Assembly: GCF_001194135.2 (NCBI RefSeq) | Contig: NC_068982.1 | Span: 124,740,413-124,783,369 of the forward strand | Source: Octopus bimaculoides | Lineage: Eukaryota | Length of the DNA: 42,957 nt | Direction of reading: 5' to 3' | Shown here: positions 1 to 12,008 of the stretch, in pieces | How the letters are laid out: each line of letters begins with the position of its first letter | Position numbering within the stretch: position 1 is the first letter of the stretch | Made by a program: the position numbers and the translations under genes | The notes under the pieces: model-generated | What the model saw: only the letters and a program-made list of their open reading frames with translations | The model's database searches: none | Told to the model about the DNA's origin: nothing

Positions 1-126
1 GGCTGAACTGAGTAAACAATAAAAATAACTTCGCCGACTACCAAATATCATTTGCCTCAACAGCACCACCCATCATTATTATTGTGGCTGTTGTTGGCAT
101 TGTTATTGTAATTGTTGTTGTTGTTG

Positions 127-176
127 CTCTTCTTCTTCTTCTTCTTCTTCTTCTTCTTCTTCTTCTTCTTCCTCCT
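127..176. repeat. (CTT)n microsatellite preceded by (GTT)n
   Basis: Direct reading. Confidence 0.95.
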
Positions 177-940
177 CCAGACATATAGACGTGCCTGTTA
201 CATAATAATACTATCTGCTTGTTGGCTTGTTTGCGCGCGTGGGTGCGTGTGTGGAAGGGAATTTTTCTGTGATGTCTTCTTACTCGAACCTTAAATAAGT
301 TCTGTGATCCAATGCATATAGAAGTTCCCAATTCACTATTCACAATTCACTGTGAATACTGTTAAAAGTCGTTATTTAGCATTTCCCATCTCTCTTATTC
401 AATAAGAAACCAAATAATTCTCGCTTGATAAACGCCTGCATAACTTCAATAATAACTATTTGCTGCAATTCAAACACAATTCGGTCTGTTTCGCTCCCTT
501 ACATTCTACCTCTCCACTCCTCTTTTGTAATTGCCTTATTCATTGTATAGGGTTCTCGCCGATCAGATTACTTTACCTTATTTGGGTTCTGATTATTCAT
601 TGTAACTATGATCCTTTAACAATTATACCTGTTCTAATGTAACAAAAGTTGCTTTTACATATTTACAATTGATAAAATTTAGGCAGCACAAACTAAATCT
701 TGTTTAGAAATGACTTTTTTTTTTTAATATAAAGAAATGTGTTAGTTTTCGGAAATCGAAAGAAACGATACAACTTCAAAGGTGCATAGTTATTATAATT
801 ATTTACGTATTATTCATAAACATCAGTGATCTTTTTAAACCGGGTTGTCGCGACACCCTTGTCTACCACAGACATACATATACGTATATACATGCATACA
901 CGCATATGTTTTACAACCCCCACCCACCCCACACACACAT

Positions 941-982
941 TTATGTCCGACGAACGGGAACGTGAAACTCTGAGTAACAGAT
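941..982 (+). ncRNA. Minimal type I hammerhead ribozyme-like motif with U4C variant (probable Penelope-like terminal-repeat remnant)
   Basis: CCGACGA (947-953), helix II ACG-GGAA-CGT, GAAA (964-967), near-palindromic helix III ACTC-T-GAGT, GTA cleavage triplet (974-976); short helix I TGT/ACA. Confidence 0.5.
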
Positions 983-1064
983 TTTGTGATGTCTTTGCAG
1001 CTTTATAAATACAGTCATCGAGTACTATTTTTACCACCTTATTTCACATCTATGTGCTTACTCT

Positions 1065-1097
<33 letters not shown>

Positions 1098-1101
<4 letters not shown>

Positions 1102-1155
1102 GAGAATATACAAATAATAACAACAGACGAGGACAGGTGGTGTAAATAACAAAAG

Positions 1156-1156
<1 letters not shown>
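1098..1156 (-). mobile_element. Short retroelement terminus (possibly Penelope-like) embedded in (TA)n
   Basis: Non-repetitive 59-bp island between two (TA)n runs; family assignment from recall only. Confidence 0.25.
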
Positions 1157-1187
<31 letters not shown>

Positions 1188-1226
1188 TGCTCTTCTTCTT
1201 CTTCTTCTTCTTCTTCTTCTTCTTCT

Positions 1227-1515
1227 NNNNNNNNNNNNNNNNNNNNNNNNNNNNNNNNNNNNNNNNNNNNNNNNNNNNNNNNNNNNNNNNNNNNNNNNNN
1301 NNNNNNNNNNNNNNNNNNNNNNNNNNNNNNNNNNNNNNNNNNNNNNNNNNNNNNNNNNNNNNNNNNNNNNNNNNNNNNNNNNNNNNNNNNNNNNNNNNNN
1401 NNNNNNNNNNNNNNNNNNNNNNNNNNNNNNNNNNNNNNNNNNNNNNNNNNNNNNNNNNNNNNNNNNNNNNNNNNNNNNNNNNNNNNNNNNNNNNNNNNNN
1501 NNNNNNNNNNNNNNN
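1227..1515. other. Assembly gap (N run)
   Basis: N run. Other gaps at 5117-5126, 9503-9578, 10565-11391, 11953-11962, 12575-13159, 13671-13741, 18717-19320, 21078-21283, 28110-28119, 32474-32873, 33827-34526, 38639-38832; most are flanked by microsatellites. Confidence 0.99.
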
Positions 1516-1554
<39 letters not shown>

Positions 1555-2115
1555 CACGGTGGTGCACCAGCATGACCGCAGCCAAATTGGCTGAAACACA
1601 TAAATAAATAAATATATATGAAAACTATTCACTTCAGAATGAAGACATGACGTGACTTTAGCCACCATGTTATATATGTTTTTGTCTTTATTTATACTTA
1701 AAGCTCAGGTTTTTGCTTTCTATTCATAAAGCATGTATTGTGGCTGTGATTACATCGAGCACTTCCATGTATTTCTCTGTGATGTAACAAATGATAGATG
1801 TGTCTTATAGCTCAACAATGAGACATTCAAGTTGGTTATGCTTTTCTCATTTCTATAGCCTATTGTACCACTTCTCTACAATTATTACATGCCGTAAGAA
1901 AGACAGTAGTTACGTAAAATTTTCTTCTTTTAGCAATAATTTGTATCTTTGCCTTTATAGCTTACAATTTATGTAACGGTTCCTTGAAATTAGTGTTTAT
2001 TTTCTCTGTAGAACTGAATTTGATTGTTTTGTGGTTGTTTGGCACCAGATGATCCTAAACCACACAAAAATATTCCAACCGTGAACATCATTCGTTTTAT
2101 ACGGCATAGTGTACA

Positions 2116-2536
2116 TTTACTCTTTTACTCATTTACTCTTTTACTTGTTTCAGTCATTTGACTGCGGCCATGCTGGAGCACCACCTTTAGTCGAGCAAAT
2201 CGACCCCAGGACTTATTCTTTGGAAGCCTAGTACTTATTCTATCGTTCGCTTTTTGCCGAACCGCTAAGTTACGGGGACGTAAATACACCAGCATCGGTT
2301 GTCAAGCGATGGTGGGGGGACAAACACAGACACGCAAACACACATACATATATATATATACACACATATATACGACGGGCTTCTTTCAGTTTCTGTCTAC
2401 CAAATCCACTCACAAGGCTTTGGTCGGCCCGAGGCTATATTAGAAGACACTTGCCCAAGGTGCCGCGCAGTAGGACTGAACCCGGAACCATGTGGTTGGT
2501 AAGCAAGCTACTTACCACACAGCCACTCCTGCGCCT
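2116..2536 (-). mobile_element. Family B tRNA-derived SINE, full length (CORE-like segment, internal TA/TG microsatellite, (AAAGAGT)n tail)
   Basis: Reverse strand reads GGCGCAGGAGTGGCTGTGTGGTAAG...GGTTCCGGGTTCAGTCC...CCTTGGGCAAGTGTCTT; same sequence recurs at 10380, 17750, 23723, 33639, 34556, 38271. Confidence 0.9.
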
Positions 2537-2889
2537 TTGACAACGTTATACAATGTGTTCTTCTGATTTTAGACAACCGGTTATGATTTAGACGAGATAT
2601 GGTTGCTATCTATGGTTGCAAGTCCAACGATCACGTAGAAGCTCCCGCGTTAAACTAAGATTCTCTGCGTTACCAAATCTCCCTGCATTACAGGAGGATC
2701 CTTTGTTAGAGAAAGAGTCATATGACTGCAAATTCATTGTTTTGTTCTAAATTTAGCAGATCTGCAACATGGAGTTTGGGAAATAAAAGTCTTGGAAATA
2801 TTTTCCAGTTCAGCATTATCGATATTGGATATGAAATTTCGAGATGTATATTGTTTGATATCGTTTATGCTGGGATACCGCATTGAACA

Positions 2890-3036
2890 GTTTAGTAGAA
2901 CATATCGACACCGATACTTATTTTAAGTCTGGTGTTTATCGGTCTCTTTTGCCGAACCGCTACTTTACGGAGATGTAAACAAGCCAACATCAATTATCAA
3001 GAGGTGGTGCTGTAATACATATGCATACACACACGC

Positions 3037-3104
<68 letters not shown>

Positions 3105-3128
3105 GCCTGTCTGTCTGTCTGTCTGTCA

Positions 3129-3173
<45 letters not shown>

Positions 3174-3281
3174 TGTAGACGACCGGCTTCTACGCAGTGG
3201 CCATCGTCGGCCCGGCGGCTATACTAGAAAGCACTTGCATAAGGTGCTGCGCAATGGAACTGAATTTGAAACCATGTGTTT
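2890..3281 (-). mobile_element. Degenerate family B SINE with expanded (TCTA)n/(TG)n
   Basis: gccgaaccgcta...gtaaac and cggcc...atactagaaagcacttgc match family B. Confidence 0.7.
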
Positions 3282-3679
3282 GTTCAGTAGTAGAGACACG
3301 CAAATATAAAATGCCTGCTGCTTCAGTTTGTGCTAACTTTTAAGGCTCCAGAAGTGATCGACCTATCTTTAGTGCTCGTCATATTTTCTGATGACTTAGA
3401 ATTCAAGCCATGTGGTGGCCATTTTAAAAAATAATACAAAATATTGTGAGCGACTACATGGAAACGACATTATACACACTTATGAATTTAGGTCAGATAG
3501 ATTCGTGAGTTCAAGTTGATCGGAACCACTTCAATCCATTTATATCTTCGTTGGCTACCTGGTAGAATTGTTAGAGCATCCAGAAAATGCGTTGCGGTAT
3601 TTCCTTTCGACTATTTACATTCTGAGTGAAAATCCTCCCAACACTTGACTACAATGTTGCTTCCTTACGTCCACATAAC

Positions 3680-3812
3680 AAAGCGGTTCGACAGAACGGA
3701 CTGACAGAATAAGTACTAGACTTAAGATATATGTACTGGGGTCGATTTGTTCGACTAAATACTCCATGGCGTAATTTAAGTCTGACCGCAGTCCAGTGAC
3801 TGAAACAATTAA
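3680..3812 (+). mobile_element. Family B SINE 3' tail fragment
   Basis: gcggttcg...agaataagtactag...ctggggtcgatttgttcgact...gcagtccagtgactgaaacaa. Confidence 0.7.
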
Positions 3813-4002
3813 AGATAAACGTAGATTAATATTCCTGGAGAGAACATAAATGTCACAAAATTTTTCGCTTGCCCATACGAGGAAAGAAGCAATATACAAC
3901 GAAATAAGGACTCTAAATTGAAAGAGTGAATTCATATTCATGTATTGAAGCTATTTAACTTAGTCAGTCCGTTAAGAGATATGCGTAAAATCATTAGTGA
4001 AG

Positions 4003-4227
4003 GAGTGTGGCATAGTGGCTACGATGCTGCACTCTCGATCGCAAGATCGCGGCTTCAATTCCCAGACTGGATGATATGTTTAGTTGTTGAGCAAAACACT
4101 TTATTTCACGTGACTCAAGTCCACTCAGCTGTAAACGAACAACTCTGTAACAAACTGACGTCCTGTTCAGCGCGAATGTTGCCAACACGGTACACATACT
4201 TCATGGAAACCAGTTAACTGGTTTCCA
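4003..4227 (+). mobile_element. Family D tRNA-head SINE with CORE-like body and tail Y
   Basis: A-box TGGCATAGTGG, degenerate B-box, ttgagcaaaacactttatttcacg...ccactcagctgtaaa; tail actgacgtcctgttcag...catggaaacc resembles the tail of 25124-25403. Confidence 0.7.
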
Positions 4228-5126
4228 AGGACTCGAGATGGTACCTAATTTTTTTAAAATCGCGTAAGACTCCAGCAGGTAAAGTTAAATATCTTGTATT
4301 CGTCCTAAAAAACAAGGTTAGTATTAGCAAGAACATTGTCTTTTTTTTTTTTTATCTATTTCGAAAATAAACTTTCCCTCGATGTTGGCATGCATTTCTG
4401 TTCAGAGTTCATATATCCGAAACATAGAGTCCATTGTCCTCTGGACAACATGGCTATTTATATGTGTAGTTATCTGTATGGCAGATGCCAGATTTAGATA
4501 TTTTATCAGTATAATTATTTTAAAAAGAATATGAAATAGAATTCTGGTTTTATGAACCGAAAAGCCAATACTGAATTTCGAGAATTAAAAAAGAAATATG
4601 TATAAATAAAAAATAACTAAACAGTATTGTAATGTGATCTAAGTACTGATTATCAAATTATTGTAAGAAAATGGAGACAAAGGTGAAAGCTATTTCACAT
4701 ACTTCCACTATAAATATCCTACATCACTTCTCTAAAATATCCTACGCTACTTCTCTTGGTCTAAATGATAGCGGATCACTGTGGTACAACACAGACGGTC
4801 ACTGTTTCTTTTCTGGCTTCATTTAATAGTTATTATTTATGTTGTTGTGCAATTTATTGTAGGTCTTTGTTATTCGATAAAGTTGAAGTAACAATTTATC
4901 CCCTCTTTCACTTAAGGGAAAGTGGAATTGTACGAGCGGCGAGAAAAAAAATTAGTAAAATAAGATAAAATAAAATATGACTTGCTACTTAGTAGTATGC
5001 AGGGTTCTTTGTCTAGCATATTGTAACTGATGGCTGTTTATAAGAACGTTAATGTAAAAGGTAATTCGTCTTTTACACTTTCAGAAACACACAGACACGC
5101 ACACACACACACACACNNNNNNNNNN

Positions 5127-5160
<34 letters not shown>

Positions 5161-5393
5161 GTGTGTGTGTGAGTGTTTGTGTTTGTGTGTTTGTGTGGGC
5201 ATGTATAACATATTACATATACACTCAGGGACACAGCGACTCAAACATAGCTATATAGGCATGCATATGTATAAATATGCACTACACGTATAAGAACATA
5301 CATATGTAGAAATATACCCATGCATGGATACATGTACAATTTTACATAAGTCGTGCACGTGTGTATATATAGATGTATGTATGTATGTATGTA

Positions 5394-5395
<2 letters not shown>

Positions 5396-5487
<92 letters not shown>
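5396..5487. repeat. Long (TA)n microsatellite in a TA/TG/TATG-rich tract
   Basis: Direct reading. Confidence 0.95.
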
Positions 5488-5489
<2 letters not shown>

Positions 5490-5688
5490 ACATACATTAC
5501 ATTAATGTATATGGATCATATATCTTATGTTATGTTATATATGTATGAATGTATGCATGTATGTATGCATGTATATGTGCACATGATTGTATGTATAGGT
5601 GTACGCATATATCGATGTATGAATCTGTCTGTCTCTGTCTCTCTCTATATATATGTATACATACATACATATATACACACACACACAC

Positions 5689-5731
<43 letters not shown>

Positions 5732-6094
5732 ATCACGTTTTTTTAAGCAAGATAATGTGGAGATGAATACTCTGTTTATGAACACGAGGTATAAATAGAT
5801 AAGCAGAGGAGGTCTGTCTAATTTTAAGCCTAAATCCTATGTCCGCCTCCTCTGAAAGCCCTACTTAGAGTTATAGATACCAATGAACTTGTGCAGATGT
5901 GTGATTATAAATAGATTTATTTCACTCTTTCTAATCTTGCAATTGATATGACGTTATTACTTTTTCATAGTTAATGAATTTATTTTATTTTATTTTAATT
6001 ATTTATTTCGAATTGCGCAACCAATTGGAAAATGATTTGGGGGAATAGAAACTGTGTTTATAAAAAGTTGTTTTTAAATATAGGCTCGAAGCCT

Positions 6095-6530
6095 GGCGGC
6101 GCGCTGGCAGAGCTGTTAGTACGCCAGCAGAAAATGCTAAATGGCATTTTGTTCGTCTTCAGGTTCTGAGTTCAAATTCCGCCGAGGTCAGCTTTGCCTT
6201 TCATTCTTTCGGAGTCGATAAAATAAGTACCAGTTACGCACTGGGGTCGATGTAATCGACTTCATCCGTTTGTCTGTCATTGTTTGCGCCCTCTATGTTT
6301 AACCCCTTGTGGGCAATAAATAAATAAGAACTGTTACCTCGCCAGCAGAAAATGCTAAACGGCATTTTGTTCGTCTTTACGTTCTAAATTCGAATTCCGC
6401 CGAGGTTAGCTTTGTCTTTCATTCTTTCGGAGTCGATAAAATAAGTAGTAGTTGAGCATCGGAGTCGATGTAATCGACTTACCCACTCCTTCGAAATTGC
6501 TGGCCTTGTGCCAAACTAGGAAACCAATAT
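6095..6530 (+). mobile_element. Family A SINE dimer: A1 unit with T1 tail (6095-6327) joined to A2 unit (6328-6530)
   Basis: tRNA-like head, B-box GAGTTCAAATTCC, body gaggtc..ctttgcctttcat.ctttcgg.gtcgat resembling the Nin/Inv SINE domain as I recall it; T1 tail ccccttgtgggcaataaa. Confidence 0.9.
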
Positions 6531-6692
6531 AGGCACAAAGGCTAGTCGAGTATTTCAAGCCCAGTGCTCAACTGGTACTTATTTTATCGACCTCGAAAAG
6601 ATGAAAGGCAAAGTCGATCTTGGTGGAATTTGAACTCACGAAGTAAAGAGCCAGAAGAAATGTCGCTAAGCATTTTGTCCGACGCGCTAACT
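6526..6692 (-). mobile_element. Family A SINE, inverted and tail-to-tail with the dimer
   Basis: aactggtacttattttatcgacctcgaaaagatgaaaggcaaagtcga...gaatttgaactc is the reverse complement of the family A body. Confidence 0.85.
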
Positions 6693-7260
6693 TAATTGAG
6701 GCGGTGAACTGTCAAAATCGTTAGCAGCTTTGGAGCTGTTAAGGTCGATAACCTACGCCTGGATACAGGGTTGGCTAGATACAGGATTATCAAACTGGAG
6801 CAGTTAGTTGGTGCACTGTGCCATGGGACAGCTTTGTTGTGTGTTTACCTATCGCAGTGGCCACGAGAGAGAGAAACTTTAGTAAACTAAAGTTTATAAA
6901 AACAAATTTACGGTCGTCATTGACACAAGAGAAATGAAATTCTTTTGCAACTTTGTCACAAGAAAATAACATTGTAAAAACTGTAGACATAGAAAGTGTT
7001 ATGAAAACATTTGGGGAGCAAAAGTTGAGAGGGGAAATGTTTTAGTTAGGATAATTTATGTGTCAGCATATGTTTTTTTTTTCTTGTTTAGTTTTTGTTT
7101 TGCATTTTCTGAAATTTATTTGGAGAAAATTCTTTAGATCAACAAAAGATCAACTGCACTGTTTGGACTTTCCCTTACCCACCAATCCTCCATTGCGTGT
7201 TTGTGACAGAAATATGTGGAGAGCATTGACAGGATCGTAGATACGATCATTTTCTTTATT

Positions 7261-7261
<1 letters not shown>

Positions 7262-7355
<94 letters not shown>

Positions 7356-7362
7356 CTCTCTC
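7262..7362. repeat. (CTGT)n followed by (CT)n microsatellite
   Basis: Direct reading. Confidence 0.95.
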
Positions 7363-7747
7363 CATGTTATATTAATAAAGGATTTGAGCCGTGGTTGTGT
7401 TTAAACTGTTCTCTTTGGCTTATATATTGTAATAAAATAAACATATTAATCCTAGTTTTTCCTTCTGGCAACATTTTAAAAATCATACATACACTTCAGC
7501 TCTCCGAGGTGTCACCAACCATATGGGTAACTCTATATAGATATAATATGAATTTATTTTAACTTGGACCAAGATCTCCAATTTAAAGGAAGGATTGAGA
7601 AAGAGTTGTCTTTCCCAAGAGTATTAAGAAAAAGAAATGAATAGATATGTGAATGGAAACCAGTTTTCAAATTTTGTGTAACGGCTTTTTATCTTGTATT
7701 GTTAGAAATTGGTAGTTTCAATTTGCTATTTGTTGCTTGGTTTTTAT

Positions 7748-7830
7748 TCTTGTTGTATAGCCTCGAGTCAGCCGTGATCCAGCAAACCTATAAGCAACGG
7801 TGTTCCAGGTGTAAACAACTCGTCTTTTAC
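7748..7830 (-). mobile_element. Family E retroposon 3' tail fragment
   Basis: Reverse strand ctggaacacc..ataggtttgctggatcacggctgactcgaggctatacaacaa matches the tails at 14788-14999 and 19725-19912. Confidence 0.55.
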
Positions 7831-8961
7831 AATGCATAATGTATTAAAGACTTAACCATTTTATTTCTCATTCTTGTTCAATATATATGTTGTCCTCCGG
7901 AAAAAGATTATTCGCGGACACTCCAACACTGATCTCAGGTAGATGAGGCCCTTCATCTCTTTAGCTGCTCAACAAAGAGAAGGTATCTTCATACACCTTG
8001 TTAACTATGGGCTCGTGGCACTTGTTGCACCAAACTAAGACAAGTTTGAAAGACGAAAGAGTGGAAGTGACTCTGCACAAATCATGCCCCTTCTAATAGT
8101 ATTCATGGTGTAGGTTGTTCAGTCAACCAAGACACGGGTACCAACACCACCACATTTTCTTTATAAGTTCAATGGTGACAGGAAAAGAGATGACAGAGAC
8201 AGGTAGAGTATGCAACTGAGACTCTCCAGCCCGGCACATAGGCGACCATTAGGTGATGGTTATTTTCCATAGTCCTATTCTGTGTAGCTGTTTCTTGCTG
8301 AACCTCCATTCGTCGTAGTGACAAAAGAGTCCATCACATGGTATAATGTGAGCGGGGTTTGACGATTATTTATTATTAATCGAGCAATCACTTATAAGAC
8401 CCCTTTCTTATTTGTGGTTTTTCATTATTTAAAAAGTAAAATGTTGCTGAAGTTCATGTCTTTCCCAAAATTACAAAATCGAATCCAGATGACTACAGTT
8501 GTAGATTGAAACTGGGCGAATAAATGCTCTTACTCATTTCTTTGCAACGTTTGCTAATTTATGAAAAGAAATCTATATTATGACTAAATATGGACAAGCA
8601 CCTGAAGAATGACGGATTTGATCTTCGCAAAGTTAACCTATAACTAAGCATCTTTTGAATTTCACTAGAACTTTAAATCACTGATGGGATCACTTCCTGA
8701 CGATGAAGAAAATATTTTCGTGCGATAAACTCTCGAGCTAACATTAAGCACTTTCTTATTATTTTGTTAAAGCCCATGGCTTACGTTCAACTTAATGATG
8801 TTTTGTAAAGCCTTTTCTGGAAGTGTGCGCCATCTGGATTAATAGGCGTTAATAAAAGATGGGACGTGGACGTTGTTCTCGAAGGAAAGAGAAAAAAAAA
8901 CAAGCTGCAAAAGAGAATCGGAAACAAATCACGGGCTGGCCAAGAATTTTTCATCGCAGTG

Positions 8962-8994
<33 letters not shown>

Positions 8995-8999
8995 CGCGT

Positions 9000-9255
9000 G
9001 ACTAGTGATTAGGATGTTGCACTCATCATGGCGGGTTCGATTCCCGGGCCGAACGACGCGTTGTGTTCTTCACGCTGCTTCAGTTCACGTAGCTTTAAAT
9101 GGTAAACTCTGCGCCGGAATAGCTTTCCGATCAGTGGGGACGATGGCGTGCTCGCCTAGCCAGCAGGGTAGCAACATTCGAAAGCTGAAACGATGCAAAA
9201 CGCAATGTGATCATCGATGTATAACAGCAGTCGATAGTCTAGTCGATCACATGAG
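9000..9255 (+). mobile_element. Family D-head SINE with a third tail type (Z)
   Basis: tagtgattagg...GGGTTCGATTCCC B-box, acgcgttgtgt...ttcacgctgcttcagttcac as in the 37222 copy, followed by an unrelated 3' region. Confidence 0.6.
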
Positions 9256-9259
9256 AATA

Positions 9260-9478
9260 TACGAGTAGGTGTTGAAAAGTTCCTAGCTTTGGGTAAAAGA
9301 AAACACAGGAGAATCAGTTAACTATGATTTTATTCAATATATTCCCCTCTCAGATTCACATACTTATTGCAGCGGTCCTTCAGTTTTTCTAAGTCCTGTA
9401 AAAGAATTTGGAAGGTTGAGCCTCCAACGAAGCCTTTCGCGAGGCCCTTAATACCAGGAACTTTTCAGTACCCCATTG
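9260..9478 (-). mobile_element. Mariner-type non-autonomous element retaining only the transposase C-terminus
   Basis: TIRs gtgttgaaaagttcctag / ccaggaacttttcagtacccc; minus strand (about 9330-9430, one frameshift) encodes LEKLKDRCNKYVNLRGEYIE*, a typical mariner transposase end. Confidence 0.85.
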
Positions 9479-10379
9479 TGTGTGTGTGTGTGTGTGTATA
9501 TANNNNNNNNNNNNNNNNNNNNNNNNNNNNNNNNNNNNNNNNNNNNNNNNNNNNNNNNNNNNNNNNNNNNNNNNNNNNTATATATATATACCGATTTCTA
9601 ACATTTTCACTCTTCCACAAAATTTTCTAAGATAACAAAGTCGGTTAAATCAACCAACTCCGGAAAGATGGATAGCAAATTTGCCTTTGGTGCGATTCGA
9701 ACTCAGACGGTAAAGAGACAAAACTAACTCCTGTAATACACTTTTTCTCCTGTACACAACTATTTCTCTTTTCCATTACTCTTTCGTAATATATAATAAT
9801 CAAACTTAGATACTGTTTTGTAATATTCTGCAAGTATCATAAAACTTGCTGGTCACACTAAAACTATGTGTAAGACGATAATAAATATATCTCCAAATAT
9901 CTATCGTATTTTCTCGTTTTATTTATATTATGCAAGCTACTGTTGCCTTAAGAAGACTATAAGCTATACGCAAACTTTGGCGGAAAAAATATGCGTTAAA
10001 TATTTGTATCTCTATGCGACAAGAAGTAAGGTTGTAGCGACACTAAATAAGCTTCTATTTACTTCCTTGATGGAAACTGCTTTAATGCTAACAATTGCTC
10101 AGATATTTCTGTATAGAAGAGCAAAATCTATTTTCTCTTGTAACTCAAATAGATAATAGACCATTGAGAAGGAAATAAAAGTGTTTCATATTAAGCATTC
10201 CAAATATTCTAAGAATGAAGTAAATATTTCCCTTCATTTCTGATGTTATGCATAACTCTTCCTAGCACCACAATTCTCTCTCTCACACACACACGTATGT
10301 ATGTATGTATGTATGTATGTACGTATGTATTATGTAAGTATGTATGTATGTGTGTGCGTGCGTGTGTGTGTATGTGTGT

Positions 10380-10545
10380 ATAGGCGCAGGAGTGGCTGTG
10401 TTGTAAGAAACTTGCTTCTCAACCACATGGTTCCGGGTTCAGTCCCACTGCGTGGTACCTTGGGCAAGTATCTTCTACTATAGCCTAGCGCCGACCAAAG
10501 CCTTGTGAGTAGATTTGGTAGACATAAACTGAAAAAAGCCCGTCG
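10380..10545 (+). mobile_element. Family B SINE 5' half, cut by gap
   Basis: taggcgcaggagtggctgtg...ggttccgggttcagtccc...ccttgggcaagt. Confidence 0.9.
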
Positions 10546-11802
10546 TATATATATATATATATATNNNNNNNNNNNNNNNNNNNNNNNNNNNNNNNNNNNN
10601 NNNNNNNNNNNNNNNNNNNNNNNNNNNNNNNNNNNNNNNNNNNNNNNNNNNNNNNNNNNNNNNNNNNNNNNNNNNNNNNNNNNNNNNNNNNNNNNNNNNN
10701 NNNNNNNNNNNNNNNNNNNNNNNNNNNNNNNNNNNNNNNNNNNNNNNNNNNNNNNNNNNNNNNNNNNNNNNNNNNNNNNNNNNNNNNNNNNNNNNNNNNN
10801 NNNNNNNNNNNNNNNNNNNNNNNNNNNNNNNNNNNNNNNNNNNNNNNNNNNNNNNNNNNNNNNNNNNNNNNNNNNNNNNNNNNNNNNNNNNNNNNNNNNN
10901 NNNNNNNNNNNNNNNNNNNNNNNNNNNNNNNNNNNNNNNNNNNNNNNNNNNNNNNNNNNNNNNNNNNNNNNNNNNNNNNNNNNNNNNNNNNNNNNNNNNN
11001 NNNNNNNNNNNNNNNNNNNNNNNNNNNNNNNNNNNNNNNNNNNNNNNNNNNNNNNNNNNNNNNNNNNNNNNNNNNNNNNNNNNNNNNNNNNNNNNNNNNN
11101 NNNNNNNNNNNNNNNNNNNNNNNNNNNNNNNNNNNNNNNNNNNNNNNNNNNNNNNNNNNNNNNNNNNNNNNNNNNNNNNNNNNNNNNNNNNNNNNNNNNN
11201 NNNNNNNNNNNNNNNNNNNNNNNNNNNNNNNNNNNNNNNNNNNNNNNNNNNNNNNNNNNNNNNNNNNNNNNNNNNNNNNNNNNNNNNNNNNNNNNNNNNN
11301 NNNNNNNNNNNNNNNNNNNNNNNNNNNNNNNNNNNNNNNNNNNNNNNNNNNNNNNNNNNNNNNNNNNNNNNNNNNNNNNNNNNNNNNNNNNTATATATAT
11401 ATATATATTGTGATGTAATTCTCAGCGCTTCTTTTGATAACTTATATATTTTGTATGGCATGAAAGTCGAATGAATAACATATTAGCATACTAGATAGTA
11501 AAAATATATCTATTATATTATTATATATCATCCTGTAGTCGCTTTTAACACAGATTTTACTTTGGTCAGTCAGTTTCTTATTCTTTGCATGTGTACATAT
11601 ACATACACATTAAAAGAAAGCAACCAGATAATATGTACATTGCATAGACAATCTATAAGCGGAACAGTAGAAATATGCAAGACTTTTCTCAAATTCAAAA
11701 TGTGATATTGTTTGTGTTATCTAAGTTTCGAAGAAAGAGCTTTGTATCTCTGTTAGAAATTAGCTCCTTTCTTACAGGATGACATCAAATAATGAAAGCC
11801 AG

Positions 11803-11843
<41 letters not shown>

Positions 11844-11914
11844 ATACATCTGTCTGTCTACCCATCTATTATATATACAAATATAAATATACATACATAC
11901 CTACACACATACTC

Positions 11915-11952
<38 letters not shown>

Positions 11953-12008
11953 NNNNNNNNNNGTGTGTGTGTGTGTGTGTGTGTCTGATAAATATACACA
12001 CACGTGTA

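Noticed and set aside
1175-1226. (GTT)n-GCT-(CTT)n identical to 107-176
   Set aside because: Low complexity and abuts a gap; cannot distinguish real duplication from misassembly
1039-1668. Long ORFs containing X runs (also 10478-11461, 12469-13289, 18661-19434, 21036-21569, 33630-34641, 38576-38956)
   Set aside because: Artefacts of translating N gaps and adjacent microsatellites
5251-5798. YI/YVCM-type ORFs (also 32218-33050, 3021-3227, 7150-7404)
   Set aside because: Translations of (TA)n, (TATG)n, (TCTA)n and (CT)n
7880-8360. GC-richer non-repetitive island, possible old LINE or exon
   Set aside because: No recognisable motif or sustained reading frame found by eye
8602-8740. CTGAAGA and CTGACGA hammerhead-like starts (also CTGATGA at 3388)
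   Set aside because: No correctly placed GAAA with a closed helix II and NUH
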